Assembly (NCBI RefSeq): GCF_009914755.1
Contig: NC_060934.1
DNA: 64,000 nt
Origin: the human T2T-CHM13v2.0 reference genome, Homo sapiens
Strand: one strand, 5' to 3'
Below, one piece after another: positions 37,815 through 50,375 of this stretch (position 1 is its first letter; each line of letters begins with the position of its first letter). The position numbers and the translations under genes are program-made. The notes under the pieces were generated by a model, which was given only the letters and a program-made list of their open reading frames with translations, made no database searches and was not told the DNA's origin.

Positions 37815-40800
37815 GTAAGAGCAAGGTAGGGACATATCTTTCTCTCTGTGTGTTTTTTTAAAATACTATGTTTTCATTCAATTGCAATGGGGCATATTAC
37901 ATGCTTTTGAGCTTCTGCTCTTAGTACCCTGTGCAGGACCCATTTGAAATAACAGAGCACTGATGTTAACTCTTGTTTGGACAGGGACACATACTAACAC
38001 AGATTAGAGAGAAGGCTTGAGCTAGGGGGGTAACCTCAAGCTATGGAAAAAATTAGGGTTAGACATGAAGTATTTTTTCATAGCCTGAGGAAGGCCCCAT
38101 GGGCAGCAGCAGGCTGATTTTATTTTCTATTTCGATGGCCTTCTTCTTATGGAGGGAATGCAGACCTACCATTTTCAGGAGCACATTTGCCATTAGCTTT
38201 GCTCTCTGTTGCCTTGTTTTCATTTCTTTAAGTGACGCTGTTTGGGGAAACATTTCCGTTTTATGTATATACTTAAAGATGATTTATAAAACGTCAAGAT
38301 TATCTGAATAATATGTGCTAAGAAACAAATGTTCATGTTTTATATGTGTAACTCTACCTTGATTGATGGAAAATATGCTAAATAGTATGAGAAAATAGAT
38401 GAATGAATGTAGGTAATGTTCTTATAAGTACATTCAGCACGAAATTATTTCACATTCAGAATCTACCACATAAAAATATCATCTAGCACGACTGTCAGTT
38501 TGGAACTGTGGATAGAAAAGTGAACGAGAAACATTGAGAATGGCCTCTGGAATGGCTTAACTGGAATTTTTAAGAAGGAAATCTTTATAGTTGATACTAT
38601 AGAGACAACCATCTAAAAATAACTAAAGTCTTGTCTGATCACATATCCATATACAATAGTTTGCTAAAAGTATGTTTGCCGTGTTACAGACTTATTGCAT
38701 AAGAACCAATCAAATGTCTAGTGGTTTGGTCTTCAAGGCTGATAACATTTTCTAAGCAGCCTGACCAGTAGCAAGCCTAAAGTTCCTGGGACATTTCCAG
38801 CCAAGGCTAGTATAATGTGACATTTCCCCTCATTTCCTTGAACCCGACTCCCAACTCAGAATCATAAGCCATCAAATTCTGTGATTAAGAGTACTATGTA
38901 AATGGCCTAAGAAAAACTCAGAATTCAGAGAGAAGGGTAGTAGCAATTGAAAGGAATGCTTCAGTGCCTATAGACAATAAAAAAGAAAGGAAGGGGAGGG
39001 AAAAACCTCTGTTGCTTCCCTGGGAGGGCTCCTGCGTCGTGAGCTGTAACGAATATTCTGCATATGTCTCCATTTTGTCAAATCTCATTAAAGAGTCCTC
39101 CTGCTTTATGTCAATTGAGCTGTCCAGAAATCATTCATCATTTTTAGTGTAAAAAAAATGATGTGGTTATTTAAATAATATCATATTAATGTTAAAGTTC
39201 AGCTGTCATTTAATGGTATGGCTTAATCAGATGTAGCATTTAGGAAAAATAGTTTATGCGGGCTCTACGTGGCTTTCAGGTTGGCAGATTCAAATAAGGA
39301 TTTATGGGTTTCGAAACCAATGTATTTCTGTCCATGTTTCTGCTTGATCTACCTCACCCTTTAGTGCGGGACACTGCAGACAGTTATTTCAACAAATAAA
39401 GCATCTTCTCATATTGTGTTTGAATAAATTTGCAAGTCATTTAGAGAGGGTGAAGCACAAACAACTTCTGCAACCTTTGACTGGGCTTTCTGTAGGGAAA
39501 TCATAATAACGTGGTTGTTTCAGAAGCCTACGGAAGAAAATTACTCTGGTGAAATCTACATGGGGTTCTCTTTGTAGGCAAACTCAGTCAATCACTGACT
39601 CATCTTCTTTTGGGATGTGTCTAGAGTATGAACAGAAATAAAAATTCCCAGATGGACATCACCTTGCTACATCTGAACCAAGGGTATGCTTAAGTCCACC
39701 TGTTCATATGCATGACAATGTTTTTCACTAGGCACAGCTGGGATCTTGGTATCAGCCAGGATATTCAGATATTTTCAACCAATGCCATAACGTGGCAGGT
39801 TTTCTGGGGACCAAATGCAGTGGTTTTAGTTTCTAATTACTGCCGCGTATGATATACAATGTATTTTGGACTTGAAAAGGCACAAACATTTTGCCAACCT
39901 CTCTGCTTCATTATTTTGGTTATCTCATGGAAAAGCTCTCTCTAGAGAAGTAGAGGCAGGGTTTATGTACCAAAGCCTTTTATTGAATGCTCTGATTTTG
40001 CTTTCCCTGTTACAACCCTCCCATTCATATGGCTTTCACTTCCAGCCCTTGTGAGCTTGTGTTTCAGAAAGAAAAGCCACATTCTCTTACTCTTCTTCTT
40101 ACCAAAACTGCATAGCTATATCGTGTGTCAACAAGCGTTTCTGATTTAGGAAATGTTATGTTATTGAATCTTGTACTCATCTGTCACCTTCACAAATCTA
40201 TAAAAGAAATGAATGTCCTCTTTGTGAAGTGTGAGCATTTACCTGCATATAACATAAGCTTATTTTCATATGATAAATTCTGTGTGACTGAAAATAGTTA
40301 AATATTCTGTAGTATACCAAACCAAGGAGTTGCTTTATTTAAAAGAAAGATTGCAGGTTATTTTTAAAATTTTTTAAACCTTGATTGTTCTTAAATTTGT
40401 AAAGTGAACAGAAATGGCTTGGCACGGCTCATCATTTGAGCCATTTTACGTATGGTCTGTTGTGAAGACAGGTGAAACCAGTGTTCCATTGATACCAAGA
40501 TCTGTGCGTATGGCCACTTGATTATCTGTAAAACTGACCAAAAGGAATTGGAGAAATCAAAATAAGTAAGCAACAAAAATTAAGTTTATAAAATCCAGCA
40601 GCCACTAAATAATCATCTACCACTCATGCTTTTTAATATTTTATTAACTTCAAATAAGATAAACATCTATTTCCTTCCTTCTTTCCTTTCTTCTCTTCTT
40701 TCTTCTGCTTATTCATTTCCTTAGTAAATATTTAATGTCTGTATGCCAGGGCCGGGGATCCTGAAATGAAACCAATTTTATCCTCACTTTCAGAGTACTT

Positions 40801-41850
40801 TAGTGTAGTAGAGGACGTATGCATAAAAATGTACTATGGAAATTCACAAAATTAACGGATTCTCAAAGCAGCTATTGAAGATTCCACAACTCCAGTTAGT
40901 CCTTGCTGGTCATTAAAAGGGACACCAGAAAAACAAATAACTAATAAAAAATACGAGTTAAATGGCTATAATGCCCACCTGTTTGGAAAAAAAAATAGGG
41001 AAATAGAAAATGGTATATGGAATCATTACAAACAAATTTTGAAAAGAACTAAGGTGTGCAAAAACATTGACATATAATATGTAATTTAGTGAGACAGCAA
41101 CTGCTTCAACCGAAAAGAAATTGCTCTTCATGTAAGCATGCCATGTTACCAAAAGAAAGAAAACAAAGGAGAAAATTGGTTCATTCAAAATTATAATAGT
41201 AAAACTCGACATCAGAACACAGCTCTGGCTGATTTCCTGGAAAGTAATTTTTCTTCGATCCTGACATGTGATGGAGAGCCATCCAGGGACAAACTGTTCA
41301 TTTCCTAACTCTGTAGACAGAGTTTAAATACAGTGGAATTCAGATAATAATGAAAATGGTCATGAAACAAGTGACCATTTATGTTGTAACTGGGTCCAAT
41401 AAATGGGTCTTTTCATTGACTTTCACAAAATTTGATTATTATAATTGGCTGTCTTAAAGTGTCACAGTATCACTAGGAGACTTAAATGTCTCTCTTCATA
41501 TGTGTGTATTTATGTGTGTGTCTGTGTGTGTATTTTTTCTATACCTTTGAGCAGAAAGTCTTATTCGTTCAAACTGTCGGCAATCTGTAAAAATGAAAAT
41601 TAAGATTTTCAAAATTCAGTCAGAATAAAAAGAAATCATGATTCTATTTCCTTTTACCTCTGAAGAGTTAATGATTGATCACTAATTGTACATTTGTTTC
41701 TAAAAGTATATGAACAATGCCTCAGGAATGTAACAAAGTTATAGCTTAAGAGCTCCACTGACAAAAATTTACAGGATATGTTACTACTTTACCTTGGCTC
41801 CTCCGCTGCATTGTATATGCTGGCAAAGTGCTTATAAAAAAAATGGCATA

Positions 41851-42169
41851 AGCCAGGTGTGGTGGCTCACACCCGTAATCCCAACACTTTGGGAGACCGA
41901 GGCAGGCAGATCACTTGATGCCAGGAGTTCGAAACCAGCCTGGCCAACATGGTGAAACCTCACCTCTACTAAAAAATACAAAAAAAATTCGCCAGGTGCA
42001 GTAGCTAATAATCCCAGCTACTTGGGAAGCTGAGGCATGAAAATCACTTCAGCCTGGGAGGCGAAAGGTTGCAGCGAGCCGAGGTCACATCACTGCACTC
42101 CAGCCTGGGTGACAGAGTGAGACTCCATCTCAAAAAAAAAAAAAAAAGAAAAAGGAAAAGAAAAGAAGG
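41851..42169 (+). mobile_element. Alu (S/J-like)
   Basis: Full dimer, A/G tail, TSD AATGGCATA. Confidence 0.95.
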
Positions 42170-42260
42170 AATGGCATAGATGATTAACACCCATTCTGTT
42201 TGACAATCTCAAATCAAATAATTTCCTCTCTCCCCGACACTACCTATATTTGCCCCCATT

Positions 42261-42305
42261 CACACACATGCGCGCGTGCGCGCGCACACACACACACACA
42301 CGCAC
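42261..42305. repeat. (CA)/(CG) alternating purine-pyrimidine tract
   Basis: 45 bp of uninterrupted alternation with 7 CpGs. Confidence 0.95.
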
Positions 42306-43469
42306 TCAGATTGTTTCCTTCAGAAAGTGAATTTTGTTTATCCTTCCAGTATGAGTATGGTTAACTTCCTTATGCGTGGAGCTGCTAAGAGGTCTTTTGT
42401 AACTAATCTGTAGTATAAACAAAGCAGACAGTATTAAATGCAGTTGACCTAGCCAGGACCATTCACACAATATTATCTGATATGCATATTTTTGTTAGAG
42501 TTACTTTCGAGTTAGCCTGGGGAATCATTGCCACCTATCATTGCTATCATATTTTACATTTTAAATGTAGTCTTTGGTAGAATGACAGGTAAAACATCTG
42601 GAAAGCTTAAATGCACTGTCAGAATGATTCCTAAGAGTAAATAGACCAGGAATGCCAATGCAAGATCTGTAAGCTATAGAAATGTAATTTTTAAAATAAA
42701 AACAGGTTTATTCTTACATATGCCATGGCTAGATGTTTAAGCTTTTTTTAAAAACTCATTCTTTTTTCTCCTTCATTTTGCCCAGGAAACATTCTGTTAT
42801 ATTCTAATTGTTCTTACTACAATGTCTGAAAATTCAACAGTATAGAGTTTTCAAGACTTGTGAGAAAAATGTCCTTGAAAATTTGCTGTAAATTTTTAGG
42901 CACTGAAGAAAGTATCTTCTCTCATAGTACCTTGCATTTATATTTTTACTTCTCTATCTCTTTTTCTTTTCTCTGTTCTCTCATTCCTCTTTCTCAGCAC
43001 ATTTTACTTACTGGTGATAAACTCGGGCCCTGACCTGAAATTAGTGTAGCAAAATCTCAATGTCTAAACTGTTCTTCAGCTTTTAATCAAGTGCTTATTC
43101 TTTCAGAATAAAGTGATTGAATTTCCTATAGATTCTTTGGACTTAACAGATTTAGGATCTGAGCTAGAATAATGCTACAAAGAGAATTTTTAAAAATCTT
43201 GGTTCTTTTTGTGTGCCTAAGTTTATTTCTGTACAGTTGACTCATTGCCTTTGTCCTACGACCTCTTCAAGGCCAGCATGGGTAACGTTTTTACCAAACC
43301 AAAGAATAGCTTTGGAGTTGCTTATATGTTTCTCTTTAATAACATGCTTGTGCCTTTAAACATAGATTTTTGCTCTAGTGTCAGACACTTGAATGCAACA
43401 CCTTATCTGTCAATGATAACTCTACCAGCTGCATTCTTTGAGCCTTAAGTGCATATGTGACCCTCAATC

Positions 43470-43640
43470 ATGTATTGTACATCTTATCTGATTTTATCCT
43501 TAACAGTTCTGTGAAGGAGGCATCACTATCCCCCTTTTACAGGTGAGGCAAACTGTGCTTAGTGAAGTTAAGTAAACTATCCAGATTCACATATTGTAGA
43601 AAGGAACAGAATTAGGATGTGAACTTAGTTTGCTCTTTTG
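43470..43640 (-). mobile_element. MIR
   Basis: atccccttttacaggtgaggcaaactg...gaagttaagtaa. Confidence 0.7.
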
Positions 43641-44619
43641 ACACACTACACAAGGTTCCCAAAGGCCAGTTTGTGAATCAGAACCAGTTTTCACTAGTGG
43701 TAAAATGAGAAGAGTAAGAACAAACAGTTGAGTTTTTGTTATGCCAACTTTTATTGTGAGACACTATTATAGTTCCATTTCTTCTGTGAAATAATTGGTG
43801 GCAGTAAATAATTTCCTTAAACTAGGTTCATTGTTACAGTAAATAGAAAAATAAATACTTGTAAGTATTAAACATTGGCAATCATATGTCAGTCCTCCCA
43901 CTGTCCCATGCCCCCCTCTCATTTCACTGACCAGGAAATTCAAAATCCATACTATGCTATGCCTTTTAATAACCAAAAAAACTGCTACTTATGCACTCTC
44001 TGATAGGTAGGTAGCAGCCACAGTCCTAGACATTTGTTATACGTTATCTTCTTTCACTTTCTATGATAACTCTATAAGATGGATACTGTTACTCCCATTT
44101 TAAGAAATAAGGGAACCACGGGTAAATATCATCAGGGTCTACATAAGTCATCTGCCTCCAGGGGCTGGTTTTCCTACTGTACCAACTATTTGTCCTTCTA
44201 TGAAGACCCAGTTTCCTCACAGATGGTCAGACAGCCCTTCTGGGTGTGCAGACAGTTGTTCCTGAAAGCAATGAACAAACCCTACCAGATTCCACCATTG
44301 AGGGTGGGCTGAAGGCGCTCAGCTGCAGCTACTGTATGCCACAGGAGTCCCAAGTGAGTGTGTTCTTAAGGAGTCCTTTCGAATTGTTGTATTGCTAAGC
44401 ATAGACTGTGTGGCATTAACCAGAACCGAGAAATAACAACACCGTGCAGCAGAAGAATCTATAATCTCCCTTACCTCCGGAATTTGACAAGTGTCATTGT
44501 TAGGAAATTTTATTTCTATATCTAACTTTGTCATCTGAGTCTTATCCTTGCTGGAGCAAACAGTTCCAGTCTTGTTTAATTACTCATGTGAAATTTCTAT
44601 GTATACGTCCAGAGGCATA

Positions 44620-44870
44620 TGTCCCAGTAGATAAGGGGTAGTAGGCTCTGGAGCCGCACTGGCTCTGCCGCTTTTTAGCTAGTAACCTTTGGCAAGAATC
44701 TCACCTCTCCGTACCTCAGTTTCCTCATCTGCAAAATAGGGATAACAATAGTCTTTACTATGGAAATTTTTATAAATGTGTAGATACATGTAAAGTGCAC
44801 ACAACAATGCCTGGCACATAATAAAGTGCCAGGAAACATTGAGGTATTTGTTATTATCATTATCGTCATC
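44620..44870 (+). mobile_element. MIR, near full length
   Basis: ggctctggagcc...cctcagtttcctcatctgcaaaatagggataa...tgcctggcacata. Confidence 0.85.
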
Positions 44871-45551
44871 GGTTTTAAAAGAAATAGGGCCTGAGAGCAA
44901 AGACTAAAATCAAAATGTTAATTAATAGTTCTTCTAGGTTGATGAATTTTAAATTTATGTTTTTAAATTTTCTTTTTCCATTACTAGAGTTTCCTAAGAA
45001 TTTTTTTTAATTAAAAATCAATAATAATAAATCCCATCATCCTTTCCTTATGTCCCTATTCCTGTCATGGCGCCACCATTCCCCCTTCCTTCTGGGACCC
45101 TCACTCAGCAATACTTCTTGCACTGCTCTGGTGCGTTCTGAGTACTACCTGGAGCAAAGCAATCCTCCAGTCTCACACATTTCCCATCTCATTTAGGCTG
45201 TTTAGGGAGGGGGGGCTCCTAGTTGGTCTCTGTGCTTCTTCTTCCCTTCTTTTGCCCTTTTGAATATTATTGACCAGTTTACTTGGAGGGTGCCAGATGA
45301 GTGCTGTTTCTTCTGCACTTAGGAATCTCCCATGGTGATGTCCAACACAGAATGTCTTCCTTAGTCTCATCGCTAAGGTTTTCCAGTGAACTTTCTAGCC
45401 TTGTTTGCTGCTGCTCTCTTTGGGTGGGCAGTATGTCCCTACTAGTGGTAACTACTTACAACCTCCAAGCTAGCTTCACTCTTCACTAATTCTAGACATT
45501 TGCTTTGTCTGTTACTTCTACCTGGAATGTTCTCCTTTTGCCACCTATATA

Positions 45552-46057
45552 AGTCAAAATCTTCCAGTTGCATGTGGCAGAAATGTAGATCAAACTGGCC
45601 ATAAATATATCAACTCACGTAACTAAATAGTCCAAGGGTAGAAGCGACTTGAAACACAGTGTTGGAATCTAAAGGTTCCAACAATATTGTCAGGACTGGG
45701 TCTTGCTCTTTCCGTCTCGCATCTCAGATCACTTATGGATGGGTTCTGGCCTTCGTCAAGGATTCCCCTGGTGGAGACAGCTCTTGCCAGCATCTCAGTA
45801 CAGCCATTGAATATAGCGATTTTTTCATTCGAATGCTTCCAGTGAAAGTAATGGCGTGGAATCTTACTGATTTGGATTGGTTCTGGTTAGGTAAAACTCC
45901 ATTAATCTATGATCTGATGTTCTAGACATGAGAACCTGTGCAGGGGACGGACAGACAGACTGAGAATGGATGAGGCATAGTCCCCTCAGAAGAATCCGAG
46001 AGCTTTTTTCCGAAAGGGTAATGGATACTGGGTGGGCAAAAACAACAGATGTTACCT
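45552..46057 (-). mobile_element. MLT1 (J-like) MaLR LTR inside an L2 remnant
   Basis: cagttgcatgtggcagaaa...ctcacgtaact; ends aatggatactgggtgggcaaaaacaacagatgt. Confidence 0.7.
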
Positions 46058-49000
46058 TTGGAATAGGAATATTCCAAATGAGCTTTTGTCTATACTCTGG
46101 GTCTCAGGTGAATTACCTCATTCTCCCTCAAGCCTTCTTCACTCTCCCAGCCAGAAATGATGCATCTTGTCCTGATCTTTCACAGCAGCTTGTACTTCTC
46201 ACAAGACATGAACATCATCCACTTTGCATGGCATGTATTGTAATTATTATCAACTGTGTCTTAATTTTCTTCTAGATTTTTTGTATCCTCCACCTTATCC
46301 CCAAAAGGATGCTTTACAGCTCCCCCACAGTATTGTGCAACCAGCAGAAATTAAGAAGGGAAGAAACACGGATGAAAGAGAAATAAAACAAAGCCAGGGA
46401 ACCATGGTGGTAACTCCTGTGCAGATTCCTAGACAGGTTTAGAATTTCCCACCTGAAAGCAGAGCAGGACGCACAGTCAGCTGGAGGGTCCACAGTGTTT
46501 CATGAAAGCTAAAGCAGCCTTAGTCAATGCCCAGCATAGCCTTCTTGCCACATACATGGGCCCTTGATAACCAGTTGATAACGTGGTTACTGGAGAGTGG
46601 TGATAGTGCACGCAGCACATTGCTGTCCCCAAAAGAATGAGGAGTTGCTATAGGACCAGTTGTCTTCAGGATCCTGAGGTCAACCCTCGCTTCTCTATTG
46701 TGAGATACTGCTGGTCAGGAGCCTCCTCACATTTGGCTCACGGCCATGTTACCCTGATGTAGGCCTCATCAATGAATAGTCTTTGGAAGAATGCCTAAAA
46801 ATAGTTTCAGAGTTGTTATCTGGGTTCATATGGGTATAATTTAGTGGAAACCCTGCGGGTTTTTATCTATTGCACTTTGGCTACATGTAAACATGTCCAT
46901 TCAAAGATAAAATATGTAACTTCCCAATAAGAGAATATTTTTCTCCATTATTTAATCACAATGGAAACACATCTTATCTTTTTTCTTGATTGTGAGCCAC
47001 AATTTGACCTAATTTTTGAATTACTTTCCTTTTATGATTTTCCTTTTTTCCCCTGGATGCATGCCATTCTTGAATGTCACATAGAATATGAAGGGTGCAC
47101 TTTACATTTTCCGTCAATGCCTTCTTTGAACGCAGCCTTGAGCTGTTAACTTGAAGCAAGGAGCCCTAGGCCTTCCTTATAAACAAGTAATGGAGCCCTT
47201 AGCCCCCCTTGTAAATGGCTATTTATTAACATATACCATCACCAAACAACATTTTATAATTCCAGGCCCCCACACCATTACACCACTGTCTGCTCCATTG
47301 TAAATTAAGGGAGGGCTTTGGCCATCTGTTTCATTAAATGCCAGAGGCAGCAAACAATATCTGAACTTTATAAATCGAGAGTTAGGGCTTCTCCCTCCAC
47401 AAATCTCCCCCTTCTTCGGCTGCCACCACCACTACCGCCACCATATTTTTTTGTTTGAACGCTCACATTGTAAACTAGCGTATTCACACATCAATTTTAA
47501 AAGGCTGGCTGTGTTATAAGATGGGACAAAGCAAGCTCAGTAACAGCTCATGCACAGTGCAGGTGGTCGAGCTAGCTGCTACCCAGATCAAAAGTCAAAC
47601 AACTGTGAATCTGCTTTTCAAAGTGCAGTTAGGGAGACAAGGCAAGGCTTATCTGCACAAACAAGGACGAGTTATAGATATACATCACAAACGCAGGAGG
47701 ACAAAAGGGGATTTCATCATCTTGCAGGGCAAGAAAACCTTGTAATGCTGACAATTCTGAGGGCATCTCTGGAATATGTGGCTTGTTTTCATTTTTGTTT
47801 TTTTCTATAATATAAAATTAGTTTTTTATTATGCGGCAATTGATAATTATTATTTACACTTTGGTGCTGTTCCTAAAGTAGCTAAGAATTTTTTTTAAGC
47901 CACCGTTAGGGCAGGAAATGGCTCCTTTTCATGATTGCATTTTATTTTTCAGCAGCATTTAAGGACAGACTCCTATTTATACCACACAAGCAGTTTTGTC
48001 TGTTGTAAACAAAGTAAGTGGCTGGGGATTGTGCTTTCCCAGAAATGTTTTCCAGGGAAGCCATAATAAGAAACAACTGTGTATATCTTGAGAATTTGTC
48101 ATCTAGGTATTAAGAAAGAATTCTTTTCTTTTATGGGGAAAAGAAAGCACTGTGAAGAAATATATTCCATACTCAAAAGCGTAGTTAAAATATTTCTTAA
48201 ATTGTGATGTTTGACCACCTTGCTAGTATTAATTGAGGTTTTCATTTTTTATTTAAAATTATCTCTAACATTTTTGACAACATGGAAGCTGATGTGATAG
48301 GAGGTGTCACGATTTTTTTTTTTAACCTCAGTGTTCTTTTAAAAAGGCTAATGACTTCTTTTGCAAAGTTATGTGAAGAACTTTGGAACCAAGGTGTGAA
48401 TATCAATGGGGAAAATGCAAGAATGGCAAATTTGACCACAATTTTAAAAAGAGGATTGAAGCAGTTTGGAATTACGAAAACAAACAGCACCTTAGTTTCC
48501 TGTGCAATTATAGTTTACCTAGGAAAAAGCTATTCCACTGCCCACCTATCTTCCAATGGCTTAATGATTTTGTGATGAGGGGAAAAAAAAAAAAACACCT
48601 GTCAACCATTTAATTCCCAAATCAGTTAAAGATGTCCGAATCAGGTCCCCCAATGCTTTCCTGAAACCACACTCCCTGTCTCAAGCCATAGGGCAGTGGT
48701 TCCTATCCTGGAGTGGGCTTCATGGAGTCTTGAATCTCTGAAGTTTTCTAAAAATGTATGTGCATATGTGTGTATATGCATCTTTCTGGGGCTTTTCCAT
48801 TACATTTCCTTAAAAGGTTCAAAAGAGTCTACAACCAACTCCAAAAAAAAGTTGAGAAAATGAGATATTGTTAAAGAACTGTGTCCAGTTTCGTAGCTAA
48901 ATACCATTTAATTACTTTGATACTCTGGCTTACTTAAAATGCATTGACCTACAAGGAACACTTATTTTGAATTTGTCCACAAAGTTCAACAAGACACTGA

Positions 49001-49880
49001 AAACTCAAGGATGCCATCCTTGGGAAATCAGATCATTTGTCAAAAGTACGTCCTTAAAGACAATCAGAACAATTACATTTATATGGGACCTTATGGTTTG
49101 TAAGACACAGTCACATATATTATTTTTTTAAGTTATTCTTCGTAAGAACTCTGAATTCATATTGTCATTATTATCTTGTGGTATAGATAGTTGAGACCTA
49201 CAGAAGTTGAGTCTTGCCCAAGTTCATGCCACAAAGATAGAGCAGAACTTGGACCAGAACCCTGGTTTTAGCCACAGAAATCATGTTCTTAGCAGCATTC
49301 TGGCGGTAACACCATCAGCCTCTTCTTCAACATCAAATGTTTAATGTCTACTGGGTAAAAGGGCATATGGAGATTCCCTTAAGAATCCAATGTTAGTCAC
49401 TGGAGATTCAACAAATTCAAAACTCTACTCCTAGGTAGCTTAATATCTAATTGGGAGCTTTTGTTGTGACATTTTAAGAAACAACAATACATAGTAACTT
49501 GTGCTACATAGTAAGTGAGAGATCATTGCTCTAGGGGATGACAGGAAGAAGAAATTCCTGGGGCCTGGATGTGCAGATAAGACTTCACAGAGGAGATGAT
49601 AGGTGAGAACCAGACCTGACAGTCACTGCCCCATTCTTAACCCACATATGGCATTATGCCTCTTTCCTTCTCATGGCAGCTTCAAGGTAATAGCTCCTAG
49701 CGGCAGAATTTGAATCCTTGCAGGCAAACAGTGGTGATGGTGTTGGGGTGTTAGGAAGATGTTTGGCCACAGCTGTGTTGAGGATACATAGGAAATTAAC
49801 AAAACAACTTATAACCTCATCTGCTCATAAAGTTAATATAATGTGAAAGCTTCAATCTTACCTTAAACTGTTGAATTTTT

Positions 49881-50198
49881 CTCTTTTTTTCTTTTCTTTT
49901 TTTTTTTTTTAAAGGGACAGGGTCTCACAGTCACTGAGCTTAGGGTACAGTGGCCCAACAATAGCTCACTGCAACCTCAACTTTCTGGGCTCAAGTGATC
50001 CTTCCACCTCCACCTTAGCCTCCCAAGTAGCTGCGACTACAGGTCCACCTCACACACCCAGCTAATTTTTAATTTTTTCGTAGAGACAGGATCTCCTTAT
50101 ATTGCCAAGGCTGATCTCAAACTCCTGGCCTCAAGCAATCCTCTTGCCTCAGCCCCCCAAAGTGCTGAGATTGCAAGCATGAACCACTGTGCCCAGCC
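49881..50198 (-). mobile_element. AluJ-like
   Basis: atagctcactgcaacctcaactttctgggctcaagtgatcc. Confidence 0.92.
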
Positions 50199-50219
50199 AG
50201 GAGCCTTCAGCTTTTAGAA

Positions 50220-50375
50220 CAGGAGTGAGCAAATCATAGACAGCAGACCAAATCCAGCCTGCCACCTGTTTTTGTATGGCCTGCAGGCCAATAATGGTTT
50301 ACATGTTTAAATGATTGGGAAAAATCAAAAGAAGAATATTTTTGACATGTGAAAAATTACACAAATTCAAATTTT
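50220..50375. mobile_element. MER58B-like fragment
   Basis: ccaaatccagcctgccacctgtttttgtatggcc...aaaatcaaaagaagaatattt. Confidence 0.78.
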
